A DNA stretch of 62,191 nt, filler included, from Globobulimina sp. (lineage: Eukaryota), in the NCBI GenBank assembly GCA_003354225.1. It is 34 parts of 34 records of this genome, joined end to end, with 100 filler letters (N's around TTAATTAATTAA, not from the genome) between each part and the next. Parts side by side here need not be neighbours in the genome. Positions count along the whole stretch, not along the records: positions 12,834 to 14,566 come from PIVH01012584.1; positions 14,667 to 16,399 come from PIVH01012585.1; positions 16,500 to 18,232 come from PIVH01012586.1; positions 18,333 to 20,065 come from PIVH01012587.1; positions 20,166 to 21,898 come from PIVH01012588.1; positions 21,999 to 23,731 come from PIVH01012589.1; 28 more parts are not named here. One strand, 5' to 3'. This document shows, piece by piece, positions 13,160 through 23,831 of this stretch (positions within the stretch are counted from its first letter, which is position 1; the number at the start of each line of letters is the position of its first letter). The notes beneath the pieces were generated by a model that had not been told where the DNA came from, ran no database searches, and saw only the letters and a list, made by a program, of their open reading frames with translations. A program made the position numbers and the translations under genes.

Positions 13160-13293
13160 AACGTCCAACATCGAACATCGAACGCCCAACGTCGAACTGT
13201 GGTACGCCTCCGGCGTGTCTCTTATAAAAAAACCGGAGCAAAGCGACTTCATTATTCGACGTTCTAAGTTGGACGTTCGATGTTCGATGTTCA
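13160..13293. repeat. Inverted arrays of 7-nt units (ATCGAAC-like / GTTCGAT-like) in bacterial intergenic DNA
   Basis: aacgtccaacatcgaacatcgaacgcccaacgtcgaa and ttcgacgttctaagttggacgttcgatgttcgatgtt. Confidence 0.7.
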
Positions 13294-13477
13294 TTTTTTT
13301 TATTTCTCTCTTTAATTGCCGTGTTAATACTACAAATCGCAATTTATTAAAATTGATTCAATCTGTTAACTGTCTAACTGGAAAACAGGCAAACAGGCTA
13401 ACTGACAATCATTTTACTCAGTAGTGATTTACACACAGTCTGCAAATTAAAATTTGAGTTATCGTTAAGAATCCCTT

Positions 13478-13968
13478 ATGGTATCAGCCATGACAAAATT
13501 TAACTTTCCAAAAAATAATATTCGGCTGGTTCTCGGTTCACAGTACTTTCTGTATTTCGGCGTTCTTGGAATATTTTTGCCTTATTTTAATCTATACTGC
13601 TATCACCTTGGATTCAGTGGCTTTCAGATCGGGGTCCTGTCTGCATTCAGAACAGGCACAACCGTTTTGTTTCCCCTGCTCTGGGGGGCCCTTGCCGACA
13701 GGTTCTTTTTAAGAAAACCCATATATATATTCTGCAATTTTATCAGCACAGCTATCTGGGCACTCCTCCTCTACACTGTTGATTTCCGGTTGATGCTTGC
13801 TGTCAGCATCTTTTACGGAATTTTTTATGCCCCCATTATTTCCTTTCTCGAAGCATTTACAATGGATGCGCTGGTAAATAAAAAAAAGGAGTATGGAATA
13901 ATCAGGGTATGGGGGTCTATTAACTTTATTATTATTGTTATATTGCTTGGCAGAATAATTGATATCTA
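13478..13968 (+). CDS. Bacterial MFS transporter (HcaT/nucleoside:H+ symporter-like), broken by chimeric junction
   Basis: YFLYFGVLGIFLPYFNLY, QIG, WGALADR, YGIIRVWGS; intronless. Confidence 0.85.
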
Positions 13969-14406
13969 TTCACCGAAGACATTCTGAGACGATGGCAAGG
14001 TACTCACCTTCGCCAGCAAGTATTCCAAATCGTCGGATTCAAATTCGACACCAAGGTCATCGTACTGAGTGAGAACCAGTTCAATGAGGCGTCTGGAAAA
14101 ACGCTCTCGATCATTGGATCCTCCATCATATTCCAGATCCTTTGACGCGTCGATGGCGGCAAACGCGGCAGGAAGTTGCGCATCCGGTAACCCGGCGTTG
14201 GTCCACAACCGCTTCAGCCCAATGCGTCCGGGATCGTGAATGAGGGTTTGTGCGTTGATGAGCGGAATATCAGCAAGCACGCCCAGTGCCGACTCAAAGA
14301 ACCTGAAATCACCCATGCAAAGTGCGCGAAGAACGATGGAAGGCCTCAGTCGACCATGATCATGCAGTTGTCTGACCAGGGTCTGAACATCGCCGGCGCC
14401 TCGCAT
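13966..14406 (-). CDS. DUF2336-like protein, C-terminal part (alphaproteobacterial style)
   Basis: LVRQLHDHGRLRPSIVLRALCMGDFRFFESALGVLADIP...LIHD.G..GL..L...AGLP; higher GC than flanks. Confidence 0.75.
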   Translation of the reverse strand: MRGAGDVQTLVRQLHDHGRLRPSIVLRALCMGDFRFFESALGVLADIPLINAQTLIHDPGRIGLKRLWTNAGLPDAQLPAAFAAIDASKDLEYDGGSNDRERFSRRLIELVLTQYDDLGVEFESDDLEYLLAKVSTLPSSQNVFGE

Positions 14407-14713
14407 CCTGGATGATTCGTAGGGTATAGATTGCCAACATCGTCAGGATCCACTGCACAGTGTTCTCCGGTGCTTTCCATGAAGTCCGGTGAGAGTTTAT
14501 CGATATAGATTTTGAAATCGTCGGAGTGACAGGTATAGATGATGACATGTTTTATATAAATTGTTTNNNNNNNNNNNNNNNNNNNNNNNNNNNNNNNNNN
14601 NNNNNNNNNNTTAATTAATTAANNNNNNNNNNNNNNNNNNNNNNNNNNNNNNNNNNNNNNNNNNNNTCTCACTAATCACATCACAATACAATACAATCCA
14701 TTACTTTTAATTA

Positions 14714-16242
14714 GCTCATAATGATTTACTACGATTCAAGGAATATCAATTTACATTTTCTTTACCACAAAGCAAGCCGTTAAGACGTTTAATCGAAGCC
14801 GAAGCCGAAGCAGACGATGCATTTAGTTGCACCGATGTTATTCCATCAATGCTAAAGAAACTTTGTCTTCGTTTCACCGAAAATAATGATTTTGAATACA
14901 CATATCAATCACAACCCGATTTCGCAGCATCTACAAACACAAACATGTACAATGACATTATTTCAAGCAGCGATGCCTCGAATTGGAATGAGATTAATTA
15001 TGGTAGCTCAGGAAGAGGCGGCTCCAAATACGGAAAACAATGTCGATATTCAAATGCGAAGAGAGAATGTATACATTATGATTCACCTGAAAATAGTGTG
15101 ACATTTGCAATTAAAGTTGGAACCGACAGAGTTCCTCGCCATGCTCTCAATTTTGCAAACATTTTACCCGCAAACATTGATCATAAGTATCCAGCGCAAA
15201 ATAACATGGATATGACTCCCTTTATGTCATCCATGTCATCCATGCCATGGCATTCGTTTCTCCCTTCATATGACGACTATGATTCTGCACATCAATGTAA
15301 GTGAAATTAAATATGCATTTGTATAATAATATAATTATAATACATTAAATATACACAGTTGAGTATGGCGATGCGTTAGGATATGACCGCTGGGCCGCAA
15401 ATACAATGAATTGGCAGGGATTAGACTGCATATTATGTGATATTATGAGCAATTTAGATATTGGCGATATATTTAAATCGTATGGTGATTTTACATACGT
15501 GTTCAATGAACATGCGTTGGATTACAATATGGATCAGGATTGGAGCTGGAAATTGGAAAATGGCAAGAAATGTAGTGATATTATTGCGCAAATACAACAT
15601 AAAATATGTGCCATTGAGGATGGAGATGGAAAAGTATTGATATCTTTTGAGAAGGAGGAGAATGTCGACACTGCTGCTAATATGCGAAGATTGTTAGGTG
15701 AGTTGATGCAGGATTTAGAGACTGAGTTTGATGGAGTCATATTAGATTTTGATGATGATGATTTATGGGATGATGTGACCCAAATTGAGGATGAAAATGC
15801 GAATGTGTTTTATCGTAAATGTAGAGCTTTTCAATTGGCGCATTTCTGTGCCACGCATGGCGATAATCATTATCTTAAATTGCATGTTAAAGTCGGTTCA
15901 CATAAATTGGAGAAGGAAGCAAAACAAAATAGTGAGACATTGAGCCAAATGTTTGACACTCTGTGGAGTGCCGCCAATATTGCGTTTGAGAATGATTATG
16001 ATCAATATGATTACGAACAAGATTTAGAAGATATTGTGGATGCAATGCAGAATGAATATGACGAAGCCGGCGAGACGGAGTTAGGAGATGTTTTGGAAGA
16101 AATAGTGGAGGAAATAGATGATGATATGGAAGAGAATGAGTTGGCGGAGGAAATTGTGAATGAAATGGTTGAGGAGGGAGAGTTTAATGATATTTTGAAT
16201 TTGGAACAGTTTGTTAAAGAGATATCGATGGAAGAAAAATGA
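14714..16242 (+). CDS. Uncharacterised eukaryotic protein with acidic C-terminus (5' partial; intron ~15298-15358)
   Basis: ORFs 14849-15304 and 15406-16242 join in frame via GTAAGT...CACAG; frame open back to an acceptor at ~14713. Confidence 0.65.
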
Positions 16243-16593
16243 TGTTAATATTTGTTCTTTTTTTGTGTATCCATCATGTGCAAGGATATATATTTTTTTT
16301 TAAATATTTTATGTATTAATTAACAGTGAAACTTGAGTTTTTTTCTAAATAAAAAACACATCTCAACAATAATATATCTGGCGTGGCTGTACAATGATGN
16401 NNNNNNNNNNNNNNNNNNNNNNNNNNNNNNNNNNNNNNNNNNNTTAATTAATTAANNNNNNNNNNNNNNNNNNNNNNNNNNNNNNNNNNNNNNNNNNNNT
16501 CGAGATAAGAAGTCCCCAACTACACCAACTTTAGGATCATATTTGATACTAATGGGAAAGCAGTCAGGCAAGTAAAATATATTGGGTTTGGTT

Positions 16594-16751
16594 GTTATTT
16601 AAGCGGTGGTTAAATGGGCGTTAAAGGAGGATTAAAAGCTGTAGCGCGACAAATAGTTTGGTCCTTCGCGACAGATGGTTTGGTCCATCTCCCCACCGCG
16701 CTGATGGCTTATAACCCTCTATTAATCCCCATTTAACTGCTGCTCAAACAA
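16594..16751. repeat. Imperfect ~55-bp-arm inverted repeat with an internal 19-nt tandem duplication
   Basis: ttaagcggtggttaaatggg...agcgcg pairs with cgcgct...cccatttaactgctgctcaa; loop region holds gcgacaaatagtttggtcc and gcgacagatggtttggtcc. Confidence 0.75.
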
Positions 16752-16998
16752 TCATTAAAATGGAAGTTGCCTAACAATTGGCCTGCCAGGTTAGCAATAT
16801 TCGAAAACTGCCGCTGCTTGCTTTCTTACCTTTATTGCACACTGTGTAAGAATTTTCAGCACCAGACATTCAGATTTATGTCAGTTCTAGGTGTTTATAC
16901 GGGTCCGCAATTGTCCATTTCAATATACCAGTGTATATTAGTGTAAGTTATTGTTAATTAGCGAATATCAATAAGAATCGCTTTCAAGTATAAAGAAG

Positions 16999-17038
16999 AT
17001 TACCGGACCGAACGGGTCCGGTAATTAAGCAGTTAGGT
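16999..17038 (+). mobile_element. Right part of an attC site (central hairpin + R' GTTAGGT) preceding cassette 1
   Basis: attaccggacc-gaacg-ggtccggtaat hairpin, then TAAGCA, then GTTAGGT (17032-17038); left arm not recognisable. Confidence 0.65.
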
Positions 17039-17045
17039 ACAAGGT

Positions 17046-17555
17046 ATGAGCGAAGATCGGAGTCGGAAGAACCTACCGCCATTAGTCGCAAAAGACTCTA
17101 GTGGAGGCCTTGAATGGCAGAGTATTGAAGAAATTGATTACGATACTTTAGGCTATTTTCTAAGTTGTCACCTTATAATTGAGCATTACATTGATAATGT
17201 TCTTAAGTCTCAAGTTAAACCTTCTCTCGGCTGGGATGAAGCTAGATTGACATTCTCACAGAAAGTGAAATTATTGGATAAATCAAATTTTTTCAAAGAG
17301 GACTATGATTATATCCCCAGCATAAAGCATTTGAATAAGCTACGGAATAAAATTAGCCATAACATCTCGTTTAAACTATCTAGAGATGATTTTATCCCAC
17401 TAATACAGCAGCTAGAAAAACACTTCGAAAAATCAGAGGTGCCAGAAAACATACACGATATACTTGAGTTTTATACAATGCATCTATGCTCCTATTGTGC
17501 CGGAGCTATTGCTCAATCAGATATCGCAAGGCGTGACAGTGCATCAAATACCTAA
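17046..17555 (+). CDS. Integron cassette gene 1: MtlR/HEPN-like protein
   Basis: 169 aa; HLIIEHYID, TFSQKV, LRNKISH (Rx4H); AAGG just before ATG; stop codon lies inside attC R''. Confidence 0.65.
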   Translation: MSEDRSRKNLPPLVAKDSSGGLEWQSIEEIDYDTLGYFLSCHLIIEHYIDNVLKSQVKPSLGWDEARLTFSQKVKLLDKSNFFKEDYDYIPSIKHLNKLRNKISHNISFKLSRDDFIPLIQQLEKHFEKSEVPENIHDILEFYTMHLCSYCAGAIAQSDIARRDSASNT

Positions 17556-17628
17556 CAAGGCCATGAAAAATCGCCCACAAAAAGCCGCGGACGCTCGCAA
17601 GCTCGCGCCTTTTATGGCAGCGTTAACA
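17550..17628 (+). mobile_element. attC integron recombination site (79 bp)
   Basis: R'' ACCTAAC (exact reverse complement of the cassette's 5' GTTAGGT), L'' GCCATGAA / L' TTATGGC, R' GTTAACA. Confidence 0.85.
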
Positions 17629-17644
17629 CTTTATTTGAAATATT

Positions 17645-18151
17645 ATGGCACTCCATAAGTACGTTACTATAGATACATTAAAAAAAGTTATTGGCGGAAG
17701 CGTCAGATTTACCCAGCCGGGTGCTTTTAATGATCCATTTGAGCTTGTTCCAGAGCTCCATGCACCAGGAACCGGCGGTCAAAGCCTCAATATTAATTTT
17801 GATCTACAAGCTCCCCGGAGGAAACCTCCTGTGGGCGAACTACCAGAAAATTTCAGGTCTGAGTTTTGTAGCGATTTCAATTCAAGAAAAATTGCACAAG
17901 AACTAAACAGCTCAATTGGTATTCTTTGCTTATCCCAGACATATAACTCATTGCTCATGTGGTCACATTATGCTGACCAATATAGAGGCGCGATTATTAC
18001 CTTCGATATAGAACATGAGTTTTTTAATGGGCTAGTTGAAATTGACTATAAAGAAAATCGCCCTAAGAAAGACATTACTGCATACATTGGTGATGATAAA
18101 CCAATTCCTATTGCGGAGCTTTGTACTAAACCTAAGGATTGGATATACTGA
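17645..18151 (+). CDS. Integron cassette gene 2: DUF2971-like protein, apparently truncated
   Basis: RFTQPGAFNDPFE, GILCLS...LLMWSHYADQYRG, TKPKDW.Y; ends where E.E.R is expected. Confidence 0.8.
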   Translation: MALHKYVTIDTLKKVIGGSVRFTQPGAFNDPFELVPELHAPGTGGQSLNINFDLQAPRRKPPVGELPENFRSEFCSDFNSRKIAQELNSSIGILCLSQTYNSLLMWSHYADQYRGAIITFDIEHEFFNGLVEIDYKENRPKKDITAYIGDDKPIPIAELCTKPKDWIY

Positions 18152-18332
18152 GTGCGATCACACTATCTGATGGAGCTCTAATCAAGCTAACTGATGGAGA
18201 CATCCATCGCAGCACAGTCTAATTTACCCTCCNNNNNNNNNNNNNNNNNNNNNNNNNNNNNNNNNNNNNNNNNNNNTTAATTAATTAANNNNNNNNNNNN
18301 NNNNNNNNNNNNNNNNNNNNNNNNNNNNNNNN

Positions 18333-19987
18333 CACAAAGAATTGATTTACTAAACTCATTGGATCGTATATACACCGGCAGCATAGCCATCGGTACCCCA
18401 CCGACCCAACTATTCAATGTAGTGTTTGATACGGGATCCGCTGATCTATGGATATTTTCTTCATACCATACCTGTGAAACAGCAGCCTCCTGTTCCTCCG
18501 ATTGGAATGAATATGAATGCAACGCAGACGATGTATGTTGCTTTTTTAAAGACATTATGAATGATTACGACCATAGTTTATCATCTACCTATTCCCGTTT
18601 TGTGCCTACCAAAGAATGGGACATCATCTATGGCAAAGGCTCAGCCTCCGGCTATTTATCCATTGACAGCGTCACCATTGGTGGCTTGACCGCATCTGAT
18701 CAAATATTCGCAGAAGCGACCTCTTGGAGCGATTTACTAATCTCATGTTACGAGCCAATGTCTGGCATCTTAGGCTTTGCTATGAAAGCAGCCTCCGAGG
18801 ACAATACAAATACTTTAATAGAATCTCTATATAGCCAAAAAAAGATAGAATCCAAATTATTTAGTATTGTATTGCAAGGCAACGATGGCAAAAGCAAATT
18901 AATTATCGGCGATCCGGATACGCAGTATTACCGAAATGATATCGTTTGGGGCGATGTCATACAACCAACGCAAACAGGTTTCGTTCGTAATACATTGCGA
19001 TTTTGCGATGCTACAAACACTTAAACACAATTAAATAAATGATATAAAGGGATGTGGTTCACGCAATTAACTGGAATAATAACGACGGAAACGGACACTT
19101 TAGCGACGGATATGGACTATGAATGGATGGATAACTGTGTAGACACAGCTCCTTGTTTGGCGTTGATTGATTCGGGCACTTCGTACATCACAATGCCCTC
19201 GAAAATATATTTCAAATTAGTTGATTATTTGGTGAAATATTCTGCAAACAGCAAGAAAGAAGCAGGGAAAACGAAAACAACTCATTGTTTAAAATATAAT
19301 TCAGATTTTATGTGCTCGACAAAGTCCTATTCGCCAAATGAGGATTTGCCGTATTTGTGGTTCCAAATTGGTGGCAATGCATTTCGATTGTCGCCGTTTG
19401 AATATATGTTGACAGGCAGTGATTCGTGCGCCATTGGCTATGACTGTTTGGCTGTCTCCTTTTTAGATTCTATGGGGGATCATACCTATATTTTGGGGGA
19501 CACTTTTTTGAGGCAATATTATGTAGTTTTTGATGAAGCCAATTATCGGATTGGTATTGGCTCCAATGAGGAGTTGGTTGCTGCAATTCCAAGGCCACCA
19601 ATTGTATGTTGTATGTATTGTTTTTGTTTTTTTGGTATTTGTTTTCTGTTTGCTTTGTTATAGAATGTATTTTGGAGTTATGTTGAGATTGGGGCATATA
19701 TCGTGGGTGCAATTGGTGTGATTGTCTGTATTTTTTTAAGTTTATGGAAATTGAAGAAACCAAGCAATTGGAAGGCATTTGAAGCACAAAATAATGCGGA
19801 TATAATTGTTGACAATGAGGAGGAGTCGAAAAAAGAGTATGATACAAAGATCAGAGAGCATCGGAAAGTGTTTTTGGATTTGAAGGAGGGACAAAAAACA
19901 ATAACACAAACTAACATTGATGAAATCGAGAATAATAAGACAAATAATAATATTTGTCAAGATGACAATGCGTATCAAGAGTTATAA
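18333..19987 (+). CDS. Pepsin-family (A1) aspartic protease with C-terminal TM anchor (5' partial; introns 18978-19049, 19604-19663)
   Basis: FDTGSADLW, YGKG flap, IDSGTS, ILGDTFLRQYYVVFD; both introns restore frame. Confidence 0.93.
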
Positions 19988-20615
19988 TATAATCATATTA
20001 TTCAAAATGTTTTTATTTTTTTTTATTTTTATTTTGCGTTGATTTATTTGTGTTTTTTTGTGTTTNNNNNNNNNNNNNNNNNNNNNNNNNNNNNNNNNNN
20101 NNNNNNNNNTTAATTAATTAANNNNNNNNNNNNNNNNNNNNNNNNNNNNNNNNNNNNNNNNNNNNATCACAAAATAAAAGTAACGAAAGGATTGATAGAA
20201 ATAAAATGTACTAAAAATACAGTTGAAGTAAGTTGAAAACCTTCAAAAAACACATATATAAATCACACAAAAGCAAAAATAAAAATAACTCCGAAATAAT
20301 AAAATATGATGATTGTCCCCACCAGGCATGCTTTGAAAAATTGTTTTTTCGTTTGATCCATAATATTGATTCTGGACCAAATATACTTACGCACTACTTA
20401 CGCCTTCGCAAAAATAGCGACTGGATCTTTGTTCTATGCACTAAGCCGCTTTCCCAAATCCAGTCAAAAAATTCAAAATGTAAAATTAATAATAAATTAA
20501 TGTACCATGAATGCTGGGGACGAAAAAAGTAAATTCATCAACAATATAAATATTTAAATCAACGGAAATACGCAAAATAGATCTATAATAACAGCTTGAT
20601 GATCTTGCGAAGAGA

Positions 20616-21898
20616 TTGGGCATAGATTTTGTGTACAAATCAGTGTGTGTCTTTCATGATTATTATAATAAGGTGGAATTTAATAAGGAGAGATTGGAAG
20701 ATACGGCAAATATTAACAAATGGTCGGCAGAATTATTGACATTAATTCCGCAAAAATATGCAGATCTTTGTTTTGCACTAATTGAGAAATTCACTGCAAA
20801 CATTGGTACAAATGGGTATCAAAGGAAACAAAGGGTAGCCACCATATTAACCCAATTGTTTACAAATTTGATATGTACATTAAAACCGGATACAATCACG
20901 TATTTTAAACAGATCATCATCGATTCATCGGTAAAAATAAAGTTAAAATTGGTGAGAATTAAAAATGATGCAAATGAAGCAAATAAAACATTAAATGATG
21001 TTGATTATGATAATTTGAGTGAGTGGAATATGGAGAATGAGGATATTAAAACGTTTTTAGATTTACGTGATATTTGTGGCAAAATGATACATGAAATTGC
21101 ATTATTACTCGTAACCTTAGACATTGTTAAATCCAAAATGGGTGATATTCAATACAGGAAAATGTCCAATTTAATAAGTAAAGCGGAATTGGCGAAAATC
21201 GCTTTACATTTTTGTGGAGCTGTTCAAGCGGGGCTACAGGTTCAGGTTAATTTGCTGAAGCCTCCAAAACAACAAAATACCAATATCAGAGATGCGAATA
21301 CGTCGAATACGAGACAGAATACGCAATCAAATGTACGGAGAAATAGTAGCTTGGAGCACAAAGAGAATGGTGCACAGCATGCAGATTCTGACATGGATCT
21401 GGATCAAGATACGGACATTCCGGGATTATTTGGTGTCAATTTGAATGAAGCCACCAACACCAACTCCAACAATAACCCCGACCCGAATGACAACACCAAC
21501 ACAAATACGAATTCGAATACGAATACCAACACAAATCCCAATACAAATCTTACTCTGAATGATGTGCGCTATGATGGCTTAACAGAAAGTCAATCCGCGC
21601 AGATAATAAGTCTCCTGAATGAGTTGAAGGAGCAAAACAAGCAAAAACCACAAAATGTATCATCATTACAGAAATTGAATAATTTTGCAGCATCACATGG
21701 CATCGCGGGGAATAATGCGCATAATTACGTAGTCACAAATGAAGACAGGAGGAAGACCAGGAAGTGGCTGATGCCAATCGCATCAAAACAATTAATTGAT
21801 GAGAGTATATATGAAAACATTGATACTTTGCATGATATTATTAGCCGCAAACAAGACGTGAATTGGAATCGGGCGATGGCGCATATTGCTGAAAGTAT
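20616..21898 (+). CDS. Hypothetical protein with Asn/Thr-rich tract (3' partial)
   Basis: >420 open codons; (NT)n low-complexity region; no recognised domain. Confidence 0.55.
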
Positions 21899-21998
21899 NN
21901 NNNNNNNNNNNNNNNNNNNNNNNNNNNNNNNNNNNNNNNNNNTTAATTAATTAANNNNNNNNNNNNNNNNNNNNNNNNNNNNNNNNNNNNNNNNNNNN

Positions 21999-22353
21999 AT
22001 GGCAAGGTCTTGTGCTTCAAATTGAATCGGAACACGTACACAATCTCACACATCTGTTATCTGCCGCGGGTGTTTGGCAGCTATGTGACGGACATGATCG
22101 CCGTGGAATGCTCGTTGATGATGATGATGATGATGATAATGATGATAAGAGGGAGGAGGAAGAGGAAGAGGATGATAATGAGAGTAAGATAAATGAAAAA
22201 GAGAAAGAGAATGCAAATGAAAAAGATACTGATAATAAGACGGAGAGTAAGGAGAAGGAGAAGGAGAAGGAGAATGAGAATGAGATGGATGAGGAGGCAT
22301 TGCTTGATGAAGCAGAACAATATGAACATACGAGTTTAGCTGAATTGTTATAA
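21999..22353 (+). CDS. Acidic low-complexity C-terminus of an unknown protein
   Basis: D/E/K-rich open frame ending in TAA followed by AT-rich UTR-like sequence. Confidence 0.5.
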
Positions 22354-22547
22354 CTTATACTGATTTTATGTTTTATATATTTAAAGTTGCAAACACTTTT
22401 GTTGTGTATAGCGTATGTTATTCATTATTATTGTATTATTTTACTTCGTAAGTTACATTAATCATTATAATCCTTTTAATAATATTTGTGAGGATTTTGC
22501 TGTTTATCGTTTAGGACGAATATGGAATGGCTCACTGCTCCATTTAT

Positions 22548-22622
22548 TAGGCATTTTTGTGCTTTATCGTAAAAATCTTTTTTAAACAGAAAAAATCAGT
22601 TTTTTTCCCTTAGAAAATACAT
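22548..22622. mobile_element. Family A palindromic element, copy interrupted in its right arm
   Basis: TAGGCATTTTTGTGCTTTATCGTAAAAATCTTTTTTAAACAGAAAAAATCAGTTTTTT matches the 3450 element. Confidence 0.75.
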
Positions 22623-22887
22623 TTAACTTTTTTGGCTTAGTTTCGTTTCATTTCATTTCAAGTAGTAGTGGGGGCACATTCAGCCGGGAAGTAAGTCCGG
22701 CTCCATACTCAACGATTGGCAAGGTTTTTGGGTTAGCTAGAGTGGTTCTCAACTTTGAATACTAGGATTACTAGGTCATCGAATACTAGGTCAACTTCGA
22801 ATACTAAGTTGAAAACCACTCTAGCTAACCCAAAAACTTTGCTAATCGTTGAAATGAAACGAAACGAAACTAAGCCAAAAAAGTTAA
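22623..22887. mobile_element. ~260-bp foldback/MITE, family C, flanked by TTAA
   Basis: TTAA-CTTTTTTGGCTTAGTTTCGTTTC ... GAAACGAAACTAAGCCAAAAAAG-TTAA; inner ~47-bp inverted repeat (caacgattggcaagg.../...tttgctaatcgttg); central (aa)tactagg repeats. Confidence 0.8.
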
Positions 22888-22953
22888 TTAAATTTTTTTA
22901 AATGCATATTTTAATATAGTTACTTTATGATTTGCACTCACATTTAATTAATA

Positions 22954-23731
22954 CTACGATGATCCAATAAATAGCAATTTGAATTTGCAACAAAAATGAT
23001 TGCCAAACTGTGGCACCACGACAATATGCAAAAAATGTATACCTGGTGTCGTCACCAAATATGTTTTTGCATTATATACAGAAACTCGATCACTCGGATA
23101 TAGCAATGGATTAATTACCTGCGTTCCAAGCAGCTTATCCTTACTCAGAGATCCAGCCATTTTCATATAATTTGCCCAATCCCAGGTCCCATTTACTAAA
23201 TGCTTCCACGGCGCACAATCAGCGTCAATATTGCTTTCATCATCAATCCATAGCACAGCATTTGAAATGTTCTCATAAGTCGCCAAGAATCCAATTGTGA
23301 CCAAACCAATCTTAGTTTCGATTTTAAATGTAATATGCGAGAAAAGCTCAGTGGCAATTAAACCATATTTCTGTTTAACTGTATCAGAGTACCATGAAAA
23401 TCCACTATTATTAAAATAATCAGCATTTTCAACTGGTTTCTTGTTACCAATATCAATCCGTGTGATATGCTCTGCTGTCAACATTGCATATTCATCGTCA
23501 GACACTCTCCACAAAGGAGGCATGAATTTATTGCGTTGGATTTCAAAATAATTTAAGTTTGAATCATGATATTTTATCCAATCCACTTCTTTCTCAAAGT
23601 TGTACGCTAAAGTGATTGCCATATATTTATGCCCATATTTAAATGGATGACAACAACCATCAGTCATGATTTGCCACCATCCGTACATATTTTCCTCAAC
23701 AAATTTGGTATAATTCAGTCCTCTTTGTCTC
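22954..23731 (-). CDS. Putative SGNH/GDSL-hydrolase-like protein, C-terminal part
   Basis: D..CHP...GHKYMA resembles the SGNH block V DxxHP...GH. Confidence 0.45.
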
Positions 23732-23831
23732 NNNNNNNNNNNNNNNNNNNNNNNNNNNNNNNNNNNNNNNNNNNNTTAATTAATTAANNNNNNNNNNNNN
23801 NNNNNNNNNNNNNNNNNNNNNNNNNNNNNNN

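Noticed and set aside
22010-22329. Poly-Met, poly-His and poly-Ile/Leu ORFs
   Set aside because: Alternative frames of GAT/GAG trinucleotide runs in an acidic coding tail
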